Shown here piece after piece: positions 9,778 to 19,702 of a DNA stretch of 64,000 nucleotides (positions within the stretch are counted from its first letter, which is position 1; each line of letters starts with the position of its first letter). This DNA comes from Candidatus Poribacteria bacterium (GTDB taxonomy: Bacteria > Poribacteria > WGA-4E > WGA-3G): contig CAXXUA010000013.1 of assembly GCA_963663765.2 (NCBI GenBank), positions 480,001 through 544,000 of the forward strand, written 5' to 3'. A program made the translations under genes and the position numbers. The notes below the pieces were generated by a model. It was not told the DNA's origin and made no database searches. It saw only the letters and a program-made list of their open reading frames with translations.

Positions 9778-10365
9778 ATGACTTATGTATCAGCGCGCAA
9801 AGCAATTGAGCTGCTGGATTATACACCTGACCATTTACGGAGGTTGGCAAATGAAGGAAAGATTGATATTATCCGCACAGGAGGCGGACACAGACGCTAT
9901 GATGTTGACGGATACATCAAAAGCAAATCCAAATCAATTGCAACTGTTTGCTACTGCAGAGTATCCAGCACAAAGCAAAGAGAAGACCTTGAACGACAAG
10001 TTGAATATATGCGAAGTATCTACCCCGAAGCAGAAGTTATCCGAGACATCGGAAGCGGAATCAACTTCAAAAGAAAAGGGCTTAGAACCTTATTGGAACG
10101 GCTTATGCAAGGTGATAAGCTCAAAGTTGTTATTGCCCATCGGGATAGACTCGCCCGCTTCGGTATCGACCTTATACAATACCTCATTGAACAAAACGGT
10201 GGCGAACTCGTGGTTCTCGATCAAACAGAACACAGTCCGCAAGAAGAACTCACGTCGGATCTTCTCGCAATCCTGCACGTCTTCAGTTACAGAATGCACG
10301 GACTCCGAAGTTACCGTGACAAAATCAAAGAAGATAAGAGTTTATCCGACAACAGAACAATGTGA
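9778..10365 (+). CDS. tnpA: IS607 transposase TnpA (MerR-type HTH + serine recombinase)
   Basis: RTGGGHRRYD HTH; YCRVSS catalytic Ser; DIGSGINFKRKGL; HRDRLARFG. Confidence 0.95.
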   Translation: MTYVSARKAIELLDYTPDHLRRLANEGKIDIIRTGGGHRRYDVDGYIKSKSKSIATVCYCRVSSTKQREDLERQVEYMRSIYPEAEVIRDIGSGINFKRKGLRTLLERLMQGDKLKVVIAHRDRLARFGIDLIQYLIEQNGGELVVLDQTEHSPQEELTSDLLAILHVFSYRMHGLRSYRDKIKEDKSLSDNRTM

Positions 10366-11434
10366 AACACTGCGTCAGTGGTTTGGCACAGCACGTTTTA
10401 CTTATAATAAAACAATTGCTTTGTTGAACGAAACAGACACAAAAGCGAATTGGAAAGCGATAAAAACAGGTATTCTTCACGATCTTCCTGATTGGAGCAA
10501 AGAAACACCGTATCAAGTGAAATCTGTTGCTATCCGTGACGCTTGTATTGCTGTCCGAGAAGCAAAGCGAAAATGCAAGAAAACAGGTCAATATCAGTCT
10601 GTTTTTTTCAAATCCAAACGTCATCCATCAGATAGTATTTTCATACCAAAGTCTGCTATAAAACCTCGCGGTGTTTATCACACAGTGCTTGGTGATCTCA
10701 AAATGTCAGAGATGTTACCTGATAATATCTGTGACTCACGCCTCGTGAAAGAGAATGATAAATACTATCTCTGTGTTTCCTATACTGTGACAACTCCGAA
10801 GCGAAAACCAAACGGAAGTGTTGTTGCTTTAGACCCTGGCGTGAGAACATTCCTCACATATTTCCATGAGCGTGGTTTCGGATGGCTTGGACACCATGCT
10901 ATCAATCGGATTCAAAGACTTTGTTCATACCTTGATAATCTTTTATCCCGTGCAATAAAAGCGACACAACAATCACGCAAGAATATGAGACGTGCTGCAA
11001 ATCGCATCAGAAAACGTATCAGATATCTTGTTGACGAGTTGCATCATAAAATAGCACGTTTCCTTGTGGATACCTTTGATATTATCCTACTCCCTACTTT
11101 TGAGACTTCAGATATGGTAATGCGTGGAAACCGCAAACTACACAAGAAGTCTGCCCGACAAATGTTGACACTGTCGCACTACAGATTCAAACATTTTCTA
11201 AAGCACAAAGCGAAAGAGACTGGATGTCTCGTCATTGATGTCTGTGAAGCATACACATCAAAAACAGTTTCGTGGAATGGTGAGATTAGAAAATCACTCG
11301 GTGGACGAAAGATAATAAAAGATAGCATGGGACTCAAGATGGACAGAGACTTGAATGGCGCACGCGGGATATTTTTGCGTGCTTTGGTAGATGAACCCTG
11401 GTTGCTTTCTATAAGCAACTTGCAAACCGTATAA
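9851..11434 (+). CDS. tnpB: IS607 TnpB RNA-guided nuclease, Fanzor-like RuvC arrangement; start uncertain (ATG 9851 with SD, or GTG 10316)
   Basis: KKIRVYPT..Q...LRQWFGTARFTYN; ALDPGVRTF; IILLP; CEAYTSKT; DRDLNGARGI. Confidence 0.9.
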   Translation: MKERLILSAQEADTDAMMLTDTSKANPNQLQLFATAEYPAQSKEKTLNDKLNICEVSTPKQKLSETSEAESTSKEKGLEPYWNGLCKVISSKLLLPIGIDSPASVSTLYNTSLNKTVANSWFSIKQNTVRKKNSRRIFSQSCTSSVTECTDSEVTVTKSKKIRVYPTTEQCETLRQWFGTARFTYNKTIALLNETDTKANWKAIKTGILHDLPDWSKETPYQVKSVAIRDACIAVREAKRKCKKTGQYQSVFFKSKRHPSDSIFIPKSAIKPRGVYHTVLGDLKMSEMLPDNICDSRLVKENDKYYLCVSYTVTTPKRKPNGSVVALDPGVRTFLTYFHERGFGWLGHHAINRIQRLCSYLDNLLSRAIKATQQSRKNMRRAANRIRKRIRYLVDELHHKIARFLVDTFDIILLPTFETSDMVMRGNRKLHKKSARQMLTLSHYRFKHFLKHKAKETGCLVIDVCEAYTSKTVSWNGEIRKSLGGRKIIKDSMGLKMDRDLNGARGIFLRALVDEPWLLSISNLQTV

Positions 11435-11495
11435 GATGTGAAATGCACAGCATTGCACGGAAATATACAGGTTAATATCATCGGTAGGAGTAAAC

Positions 11496-12500
11496 ATGAA
11501 TAGACCACCAGAAGAGTTTGTAAATGTAACAGAAAACCGACTGTTTAAGTTCAGCACCACATGCTTTGAAAAAGCAGGTCTCACCCATGAACACGCGGCA
11601 CTCATTAGCCGTTTGCTTGTGAATTCCGACTTACGCGGTGTCCGTAGCCACGGCACGCGCACAGTCAACGGCTACTGTAACGGATTTGAAAACGGAAGTC
11701 TCAATCCAAATCCCAATGTCACTGTCATCCATGAAACACCCACTGCTGTTGTTCTTAATGGTGATGGCACACTCGGTTACCTTCCAATGGTCCGTGCGAC
11801 TGAACGTGCTATCATAAAGGCAAAAAAGGTCGGTATCGGGATGGGACTCGTACGTTATATAGGACACTACGGTTCCGCAGGCCATTATGCACGACTCTGT
11901 AATGAAGCGGGTTGCATCGGTTTTTCAGTACAAGGCTATCAGAACCACGGCAACGCTGGAAATAGTGACAATAAACCACAACTCGGATATTATGGTAACC
12001 CACCGATATGTTTTGCAATAACATCAGGTGACGAACCTCCTGTCGTACTTGACGCAGCGACTTGCATCATGGCAGACTACCAACGCGGACCGGAATTTGA
12101 TGAACTACTTTCAATGATCCCAGCAGCATTCTTTAAGAGTATCGGTTATACCGCTGTGGCGTGCCTACTCGGCGGCGCATTAACTGGCTTCACCGAACCC
12201 GCACCAGAAGAAACCGCAAAATGGAGCGGTGTGCGTCATGGCGGCATGGTACTGGCAATTCATATTGAATCTGTTGTTCCACCGGATCTCTTCCATGCCG
12301 AAGTCGATCGCTTGGTGCGCGATGTCCGACAAACCTACGAACCCTTGCCAGGAACCGATCAAGCATTTTTACCTGGTGCAATCGAAGAGGAACGAACAAA
12401 ACTACATCGACAAAACGGTATACGTTATGGTGAAATGGAACAGTCATCCGCTCGCGCTGTAAGCAAACGCCTCGGTGTTCCATTGCCTTGGGAAGAATAA
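11496..12500 (+). CDS. Ldh_2 family (type 2 malate/L-lactate/ureidoglycolate-like) oxidoreductase
   Basis: SDLRGVRSHG, GHYGSAGHYA, GNPPIC, LPG near C-terminus; SD AGGAG. Confidence 0.85.
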   Translation: MNRPPEEFVNVTENRLFKFSTTCFEKAGLTHEHAALISRLLVNSDLRGVRSHGTRTVNGYCNGFENGSLNPNPNVTVIHETPTAVVLNGDGTLGYLPMVRATERAIIKAKKVGIGMGLVRYIGHYGSAGHYARLCNEAGCIGFSVQGYQNHGNAGNSDNKPQLGYYGNPPICFAITSGDEPPVVLDAATCIMADYQRGPEFDELLSMIPAAFFKSIGYTAVACLLGGALTGFTEPAPEETAKWSGVRHGGMVLAIHIESVVPPDLFHAEVDRLVRDVRQTYEPLPGTDQAFLPGAIEEERTKLHRQNGIRYGEMEQSSARAVSKRLGVPLPWEE

Positions 12501-12502
12501 CC

Positions 12503-13612
12503 ATGCAACTCAAGTGCAGTCAATGTAACACAACTTACAAGGTCACACCCTTACGGTACAAATGCGATTGTGGTTCTCCACTAACTTTACAAAAAGACAC
12601 TTCACATCCCAACAAATGGGATGCTTCCACAACCTCACTTTGGCGTTACCGCAATACACTACCTATTTCACCTGACACAGAAATAATCACACTTGGTGAA
12701 GGCATAACCCCTATCATTCAGTTAGACAGATCGGACGACTCAGAACACTTTGTAAAACTGGATTATCTTTGTCCATCCGGTTCCTACAAAGATCGGGGCG
12801 CATCTGTTCTTATCACATATCTCAAATCAATGGGTGTTACTGAAGTCGTTGAAGACTCTTCCGGAAATGCCGGAGCTGCAATTGCTGCTTATAGTGCAAG
12901 AGCAGGTATTCACTGCACAATCTACTGTCCAGAGTCCACTTCAAAAAGCAAACTTAAACAAATTGCTGTTTACGGTGCTGAAAAAGAACTCGTTCCCGGG
13001 AACCGCATGGCAACCACAGAAGCAGTGAAACTGGCAGCAGAAAACATTTGTTATGCCTCCCACAACTGGCATCCCGTCTTCTTGGAGGGGACAAAAACAA
13101 TTGCTTATGAAATCGTAGATCAGTTTAATGGTAGTGTACCATCACATGTGCTATGTCCTGTAGGGTTTGGAAGCATCTATCTGGGTTTATATATTGGTTT
13201 TCGGGAAATGTGCGATGAGGGTATTATTGATACTGTTCCACGTTTGCTGGGTATTCAACCTGAAACCTGTTGTCCGATATACCGTGCTTATAAGAATAGA
13301 ACTGACTCTATCTCAAGAATGCCACAAAACGGAGAAACCCTTGCAGAAGGTATTACTGCCGAACTCCCCATCCGAGACAAGATGATAATGGATGCAATAC
13401 GAGAAACTAACGGTGCTTTTACTACTGTAACCGATGTAGAAATCAAGTATGGTTTGAAATATTTAGCACAAAAAGGCATCTATGTTGAACCTACTTCTGC
13501 TGTCGTAATTAGGGGATATGAAAAGTTTCAAGAGGAGGGTACAATCAGCAAAAACGACACATCCATCTCAATACTCACGGGGAGTGGATTAAAATCAAGC
13601 GAAGTTTCCTAA
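12503..13612 (+). CDS. Threonine synthase-like PLP enzyme (fold type II)
   Basis: N-terminal CxxC..CxCG; PSGSYKDRG PLP lysine; EDSSGNAG; VEPTSA; LTGSGLK. Confidence 0.85.
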   Translation: MQLKCSQCNTTYKVTPLRYKCDCGSPLTLQKDTSHPNKWDASTTSLWRYRNTLPISPDTEIITLGEGITPIIQLDRSDDSEHFVKLDYLCPSGSYKDRGASVLITYLKSMGVTEVVEDSSGNAGAAIAAYSARAGIHCTIYCPESTSKSKLKQIAVYGAEKELVPGNRMATTEAVKLAAENICYASHNWHPVFLEGTKTIAYEIVDQFNGSVPSHVLCPVGFGSIYLGLYIGFREMCDEGIIDTVPRLLGIQPETCCPIYRAYKNRTDSISRMPQNGETLAEGITAELPIRDKMIMDAIRETNGAFTTVTDVEIKYGLKYLAQKGIYVEPTSAVVIRGYEKFQEEGTISKNDTSISILTGSGLKSSEVS

Positions 13613-13635
13613 TTCGCACTTGATGTGAAGAAAAT

Positions 13636-16161
13636 CTATCTAATTACTGCTAATTTGTGGATACTTTCACTCTTTTCATCCTCAAGATCAGCACGTATTT
13701 TATAGAAATATACACCGTTAGCAAGTGGAACACCTTCCGCATCTTCTGCTTCCCATGTCGCCTCGTTGTATCCTTCTTTAGCAGACACATCCTTTATTTC
13801 ATGAATTCGCCTACCAGATGCTGTATAAATCGTAATCTTCACCTCATCGGCATCAAGTGACAACTGATAGGTAAATGTTGTTTTCTGCTTAATCGGGTTC
13901 GGAAAGTTATAGACTTGACTGATACGAAAATCGGTCCCTTCTGGCATAAAATCACTGTCATGCTTTAGTAATAATCTGTAGTCATAATTGGATAATAATG
14001 CCACCTCTCTTTTGAGTGTATTCACCAATTCTACTTCGTTTGTCTGGTGTGAATATCCAAATAAAGGACCAAACTCCTCAAACACGGTAATTATAGGCTG
14101 CATTGACCTTGAAAACTCGGCAGCACTGGTAAGTTTAGCTTTAACAGCATTACCTTTGTTGGCTTCATAACCGAGTGCAACCGCTTCAACCAGTTTCTCG
14201 CGACTCTGAAACAACAGCACCCACAGATTCATCAAGTGCACCGCATCATTTAAGTCTTGTGCTGCTTCAACATCAACAGGTTCAGCAAGTTCACGCGCTA
14301 ACCACATCTCATTCGCTGCGCGTTGCTGCGGTGCAAGAAGTGCTGTAAATCTTTCCACAGAAGTCTGTGCTATTTTCAATTCCGGTATTGCCAAAGTATT
14401 TTCTATTGCACCTGGACCAATCAAATTCCAAAACCTTGTGGCTAATCCAGCCGAACCGGTTCCATAACTTCCACCGATTGATATAGAACTTGCATAGTCT
14501 GAAAAATAGCTTGCCAAAGTATTACCATTGACACGGAGTGAATTCAGCATCAACTCTCCTGCTTCCTTGTTCCCATAACGCGTAACTAATTCATTCTGCA
14601 TGAGTTGAAAATAGTCTGTCTGTATATCCCAATTCATACGCGCACTAACGATTCTATCAAGGTATCCCAAACCTTCCGCTGCTCCTTGCACAGTAAATCC
14701 ACTTAACCCAAGAACATCATTTGAGGTTGCAAGTTGCCTCACACCTTGTACGAACAGATCACTCTCAATCATCCAAAACGGCATTACCTCCTCAACATCA
14801 TGCGAAAGTACGATGTATCGATGTCCCATTTCTCCAAGGGCATTCATCTGTGGAATGGATATATTTGGATCTACCACAGGTTCACCGTCAGCACCCCATT
14901 TTTGTGAGAAAATCGTGCCTTTAGGCAACTGTCGCGCATAATCACCATCAGGATCATGCAACCAACTTCTATTATAACCTGAAATGTAAAACTTGAAATC
15001 GGGTCGTATCTCACGTGCTGCGTTGATTATCGTAAAGTATACTTCCCAAAGTTTGGCTTGTCCTTCGGGAGAACGATCCCCACATTCACTACAATTACAG
15101 GCTCGAGTCTCGTGTCCCCATGACCGAAGGTGAAACCCAGCTAATGCAGGATAGGTCTTAACAATCTCCTGTGTCAACTCACGTGCTAACGTATGAAATT
15201 CTGGCTTCGTCCAACAAAAGGGACGGTAAGAGACCTCGTTCCTTGATGCCCCATATAAAACCTCTGGTCCCAAAAGTTCTGGACGAGTCTGAATTAGTGC
15301 TTCTGTCGGTTCACCTGTAATATATAGGAATAGGTACGCGTCTATACCTCGATCGTTTAACGCGTTAAAGCGATTTTTAAGCGATTGTATTCTATTCAAT
15401 CGTTGTACACGCGGTTCATCTTGATACGTTGAAAAGCTAGGTGAATCAACATATTTGAATGCGGTACCGAATCCGTCTTCAATTCCGGTTCCTGTCCAAA
15501 CACCTTCTCCTCCGCTCATATTCACACGCTGCCTTGCAAGCCAATCCGGATCATCAATTTCTAATACGGCACGAACAGGAAAAAATGGACGCGATGTCTC
15601 ATCAATGAAGGGGACGTGCAATGAGGATACAGGGGTAACTACTATATTCGGATGGACAGATGTGAGTCCAGTCAATGCAGTAATACATGCTTCTATGAAC
15701 CCATAAGTACCATATATCACCCCACGTGATGTATGCGCAGCCACGATGATAACAAACTCTGTACCAAGGTCAACGGATTTTATCTGGTAACCTTCATCAC
15801 CAATTTCATTTGGTAAATCGAATTCTGTTTCAGATTGAAGTGCGCGAATTGTGGGGTTAGAATTAGGGGTACCTAAGACAATTACAGATCGTGTTGTGGT
15901 AGGTTGTTGGTTGGTGTGTAGGGGTAGACGTGCCCCCGTAAATTTTTCTATAAAGGTTTGGATTTCAGATGCAGCAAACTTTTCTTGAGGGGATGTATTC
16001 GCTCCGATCTGTACAGTTGCCATCGGTTCACCCGACATCACGATAGGCACCTCTGCAGCATTTAATTGTGGTATAAACAGCAACAGACAGAAAAATGTCA
16101 ACAGGATAAATATTATAACATTACAACATCGTATAACATAAGTATTAGTGTGCATGCTCAT
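13636..16161 (-). CDS. Secreted hypothetical protein: GH20/GH67-like N-terminal domain, C-terminal FlgD-Ig/T9SS-like domain
   Basis: Signal peptide; AASEIQTFIEKFTGARLP..DEGYQI..GVIYGTY; CNCSECG; YNFPNP...LANGVYFYKI tail. Confidence 0.7.
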   Translation of the reverse strand: MSMHTNTYVIRCCNVIIFILLTFFCLLLFIPQLNAAEVPIVMSGEPMATVQIGANTSPQEKFAASEIQTFIEKFTGARLPLHTNQQPTTTRSVIVLGTPNSNPTIRALQSETEFDLPNEIGDEGYQIKSVDLGTEFVIIVAAHTSRGVIYGTYGFIEACITALTGLTSVHPNIVVTPVSSLHVPFIDETSRPFFPVRAVLEIDDPDWLARQRVNMSGGEGVWTGTGIEDGFGTAFKYVDSPSFSTYQDEPRVQRLNRIQSLKNRFNALNDRGIDAYLFLYITGEPTEALIQTRPELLGPEVLYGASRNEVSYRPFCWTKPEFHTLARELTQEIVKTYPALAGFHLRSWGHETRACNCSECGDRSPEGQAKLWEVYFTIINAAREIRPDFKFYISGYNRSWLHDPDGDYARQLPKGTIFSQKWGADGEPVVDPNISIPQMNALGEMGHRYIVLSHDVEEVMPFWMIESDLFVQGVRQLATSNDVLGLSGFTVQGAAEGLGYLDRIVSARMNWDIQTDYFQLMQNELVTRYGNKEAGELMLNSLRVNGNTLASYFSDYASSISIGGSYGTGSAGLATRFWNLIGPGAIENTLAIPELKIAQTSVERFTALLAPQQRAANEMWLARELAEPVDVEAAQDLNDAVHLMNLWVLLFQSREKLVEAVALGYEANKGNAVKAKLTSAAEFSRSMQPIITVFEEFGPLFGYSHQTNEVELVNTLKREVALLSNYDYRLLLKHDSDFMPEGTDFRISQVYNFPNPIKQKTTFTYQLSLDADEVKITIYTASGRRIHEIKDVSAKEGYNEATWEAEDAEGVPLANGVYFYKIRADLEDEKSESIHKLAVIR

Positions 16162-16930
16162 GCCCTAACCCAGGAATAAAAAACAGTGTGCATAATGTTA
16201 GAATCAATCCAATAACAAATGAAATTTTGGTAGAATTACTCATCTTGCCATCTGATGGAATACAACCTCCCCGAAGTCCATCCATCACAACATGTATGAG
16301 TGTACCTGCAGCAAACGCAGTAAGATAGTCTGTAAACTCTATAAATATCCTTTGTTGTAAACGTTCACCCAGTATAGCACCTACAATAGGTGCTATCATA
16401 AGCGGTGATAGTTGCATCAATGTATGTGAAATACCGTACCTTGTTCTTAATGCTGCTGTTAACACTGTTGCCACAGGTAATCGGTGCAACAATACTCCAA
16501 GTGCAAGTATAATACCATCTTCATGGGCTTTTGCTGCAACACTTAGATTGAAACCATCAACAATCGCATGTATTGATAAACCTATAAGGCTAATGTGTAC
16601 TCCCCAATTGATACTCTTTTTAGACTCTTCTTGATTTTCAATACGTTCTTGTATCCGTTGCGTGATAAATTCAAGCAACCATATCAGTAGAAACCCACAC
16701 CACACTAATAAAATAGTAAGATAGTCAATCTTGATTGGGTGCAATTCTTTCAATGCAAGATGATAAATAAGTAACAAAACAAATCCAAGCACAATTCCAG
16801 CAGTAAAACCAAAAATTATTTGGAATTCAACCTGTTTATCGTTATAATAAATAGCAATTGTTGCACCAAGCAACACTGTTACAGTTGCAACTATTAAGTA
16901 GAATATAAGCATAGTAAATAATAATATCAA
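16145..16930 (-). CDS. ZIP-family divalent metal permease
   Basis: About 8 TM segments; SIHAIVDG, LLHRLP, FAAGTLIHV; His-rich tail HEHAH. Confidence 0.8.
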   Translation of the reverse strand: MILLFTMLIFYLIVATVTVLLGATIAIYYNDKQVEFQIIFGFTAGIVLGFVLLLIYHLALKELHPIKIDYLTILLVWCGFLLIWLLEFITQRIQERIENQEESKKSINWGVHISLIGLSIHAIVDGFNLSVAAKAHEDGIILALGVLLHRLPVATVLTAALRTRYGISHTLMQLSPLMIAPIVGAILGERLQQRIFIEFTDYLTAFAAGTLIHVVMDGLRGGCIPSDGKMSNSTKISFVIGLILTLCTLFFIPGLGHEHAH

Positions 16931-17099
16931 ATTTTTTGTTTTATTTCAAGATAAACTATGTTATACTTTATACATAACATTTTATATGTACATAGTTTTT
17001 ACATATAAAATTGTTCAGATTATCAGTATTTAGCGTTAATTTGTTCCTTTATGTTCAAATTTTATTTACGCTTAAACAAAACCTAAGGAGTCTGATTTT

Positions 17100-19685
17100 A
17101 TGAAAGTCAAACTTAATCGTAAACCTTTTCTGCTTGCTCTGTTATTTGCTTTAGCAGTAGGTTTAATCTTTTTACCAAACGTAATTGCACAAGAAGAAGG
17201 TGCAGAAGAGACTGAAGCAGAATCTACTGAAGATGATGCTGTTGAAGTTGAGAATGTTGTGGTTGTTGGAAACCGTCTAAAACCTCGTTCAGTTCTTGAA
17301 TCTGCAGTACCAATTGATATTGTTTCAAATGAAGATTTTCAGAAACAGGGCGGAACCGATCTACCCAATCTTTTGAGAACACTGGTTCCATCCTATAATG
17401 TTAACACACAACCTATTAGTGATGCAGGCACAATTGTACGTCCCGCGAACCTGCGTGGGTTAGCACCTGACCATACACTCGTGCTAATTAACAACAAGAG
17501 ACGGCACCGTGCTGCTGTTATTCACTGGCTCGGAAATGGATTGGCTGATGGGGCACAGGGACCCGATCTGTCTCCAATTCCATCAATTGCATTGCAGCAG
17601 GTTGAAGTGTTGCGTGATGGTGCATCCGCCCAATACGGGTCTGATGCAATTGCTGGTGTGATGAACTTCCAACTGAAAGATAATATTCAAGGTGGAAGTC
17701 TTGAATTCAAACCCGGTATCTATCAATACGGTGACGGACGACAGTTCGCTGTCGCAGGAAACATCGGTTTAGGTACGCCTGAAACATGGGCAAATCTCAG
17801 CTTAGAATATGGCGCAGCAGACCCCACTATCCGGTCAGTACAACGTCGGGACGCAACAGCATTACTCGCTGCAGGAAATATGGATGTCAGAGACCCAGCT
17901 CAAATTTGGGGACAGCCGATTGTTGATGGTGATATGAAGTTCTTTGCAAACTACGGCAGCACACTCAACGATGAACTTGAATTCTACGGATATACCAACT
18001 ACGCAAGCAAACGGGTAGAAGGTGGATTCTATTACAGAAATCCAAATACACGTAGTGGTGTGTTTAGTAAAGATAGTGGAGAAACGTTACTGGTTGGAGA
18101 TCTGAGAGGATTACCTGAAGGCGTTGATCCAACTGAAGACGATATTCCCATCGTTGATGATAAACCAGATGCAGAAGCATTAGAAATCGTCCTGAATGAT
18201 CCCAATTTATGGACCTTCCAAGAAATGTTTCCTGGTGGTTTTACGCCCCGATTCGGTGCGAATATGGTTGATAGTGCAGTACTTCTTGGTGTTAAAGGCA
18301 CTGCTCTTGAAGAGTCCTTAGGAAATCCACTTGCTTGGGATTTAAGTGCATACTTTGGAAGAAATCATGCTGATTACTTTATCTTCAATACCGTAAATGC
18401 TTCACTGGGACCGGATACACCCACTGACTTTAATCCTGGTGACTACATTCAAACCGATTATAACCTTAACTTTGATGTGACTTATCCTGTGCATGAAATG
18501 GTAGACATTGCCGCTGGATTGGAATATCGAAATGAGGGGTTTGAAATCGTAGAAGGACAAAAAGAATCCTGGGAAATCGGACCATTAGCCAAGCAAGGTT
18601 TTACGCCTGCTTCTAATGGATTCTCTGGATTTGGTCCTGATGCTGCTGACGTGTGGACCCGATATAACATCGCAGCCTATATTGAAGGTGAAATCACACC
18701 TCTCGATAACTGGCTCATAGCAGTTGCTGTTCGCGGTGAAGATTTTGAAGATTTCGGTAGTACAGTCAACTACAAAGTGGCTACCAACTACGGCATCACC
18801 GAAAACATGAAACTACGTGGTAGCTACAGTACTGGGTTCCGTGCACCAACACCGGGACAACAGAACGCATTCAACATTACCACTGAATTTGATTTTGATT
18901 TGGGAGACTTGGTGAATACATCCACTGTCCCATCAACACATGAAGCTTCGGCATTATTCGGTGGAGAAGCACTTCAGCCCGAAACTTCACAGAACTTCAC
19001 TGGTGGATTAACAGTTGAAATCCTTGACGTGAATTTCACTGTTGACTTCTTCGATATTCGGATGAAAGACCGTTTGTCACTATCTCAAGAGTTCACATTA
19101 GAAGCTGATCACAAGGCTCAACTTGATGATCCAACATTAGATAAAATCCGTTTCTTTACAAACGACTTTGATTCCATTACCCAAGGAATTGACGCCGTTG
19201 TAACAATTCCAGTTCTTGATGGTAATGTATTCGTTATCTATAACTTCACACAGACTGAGGTTGTTGAAGAATCGGTAGATGAACGGACAATCGATGCTGA
19301 CCGGATTCAAGAGTTAGAGAATAACTTGCCAAAACATCGAGCAAGTCTGACAGTTGCGCAACCGTTCTTGGACAACTTCGGTGTACTGGCTCGTGGCAGC
19401 TACTGGGGTGACTGGTATGATTCTGAAGATGATGCAACTTACACCGGCAAGTTTGTTGTAGACCTTGAGTTTACATATACTACCGAAAGTCGTGTAACTT
19501 TCTCCTTAGGTGGAACGAATATTCTTGACACCTATCCCGATGAAAATCCTGCGTATTCAGAAGATACGCCAGCGACTACAGATGAAGGTTATAATGCCCC
19601 TGACATCGGAAACCAATACGGACAATTCAGTCCTTTCGGGTTTGATGGGGCGTACTGGTATGCAAAAGTTGGATATAGTTTCTAA
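17100..19685 (+). CDS. TonB-dependent receptor (paralogue 1)
   Basis: Signal peptide; TonB box ENVVVVG; LRGLAPDHTLVLIN; VEVLRDGASAQYGSDAIAGV plug; terminal GYSF. Confidence 0.95.
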   Translation: MKVKLNRKPFLLALLFALAVGLIFLPNVIAQEEGAEETEAESTEDDAVEVENVVVVGNRLKPRSVLESAVPIDIVSNEDFQKQGGTDLPNLLRTLVPSYNVNTQPISDAGTIVRPANLRGLAPDHTLVLINNKRRHRAAVIHWLGNGLADGAQGPDLSPIPSIALQQVEVLRDGASAQYGSDAIAGVMNFQLKDNIQGGSLEFKPGIYQYGDGRQFAVAGNIGLGTPETWANLSLEYGAADPTIRSVQRRDATALLAAGNMDVRDPAQIWGQPIVDGDMKFFANYGSTLNDELEFYGYTNYASKRVEGGFYYRNPNTRSGVFSKDSGETLLVGDLRGLPEGVDPTEDDIPIVDDKPDAEALEIVLNDPNLWTFQEMFPGGFTPRFGANMVDSAVLLGVKGTALEESLGNPLAWDLSAYFGRNHADYFIFNTVNASLGPDTPTDFNPGDYIQTDYNLNFDVTYPVHEMVDIAAGLEYRNEGFEIVEGQKESWEIGPLAKQGFTPASNGFSGFGPDAADVWTRYNIAAYIEGEITPLDNWLIAVAVRGEDFEDFGSTVNYKVATNYGITENMKLRGSYSTGFRAPTPGQQNAFNITTEFDFDLGDLVNTSTVPSTHEASALFGGEALQPETSQNFTGGLTVEILDVNFTVDFFDIRMKDRLSLSQEFTLEADHKAQLDDPTLDKIRFFTNDFDSITQGIDAVVTIPVLDGNVFVIYNFTQTEVVEESVDERTIDADRIQELENNLPKHRASLTVAQPFLDNFGVLARGSYWGDWYDSEDDATYTGKFVVDLEFTYTTESRVTFSLGGTNILDTYPDENPAYSEDTPATTDEGYNAPDIGNQYGQFSPFGFDGAYWYAKVGYSF

Positions 19686-19702
19686 ATCATTATCCTAAAT
19701 TC

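Larger units (their letters stand above)
9708..11484 (+). mobile_element. IS607-family insertion sequence (tnpA + tnpB); boundaries approximate
   Basis: Serine recombinase + TnpB; short direct repeats TATCTA near left end; GGTAG at both putative junctions (9708-9712, 11483-11487). Confidence 0.85.
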
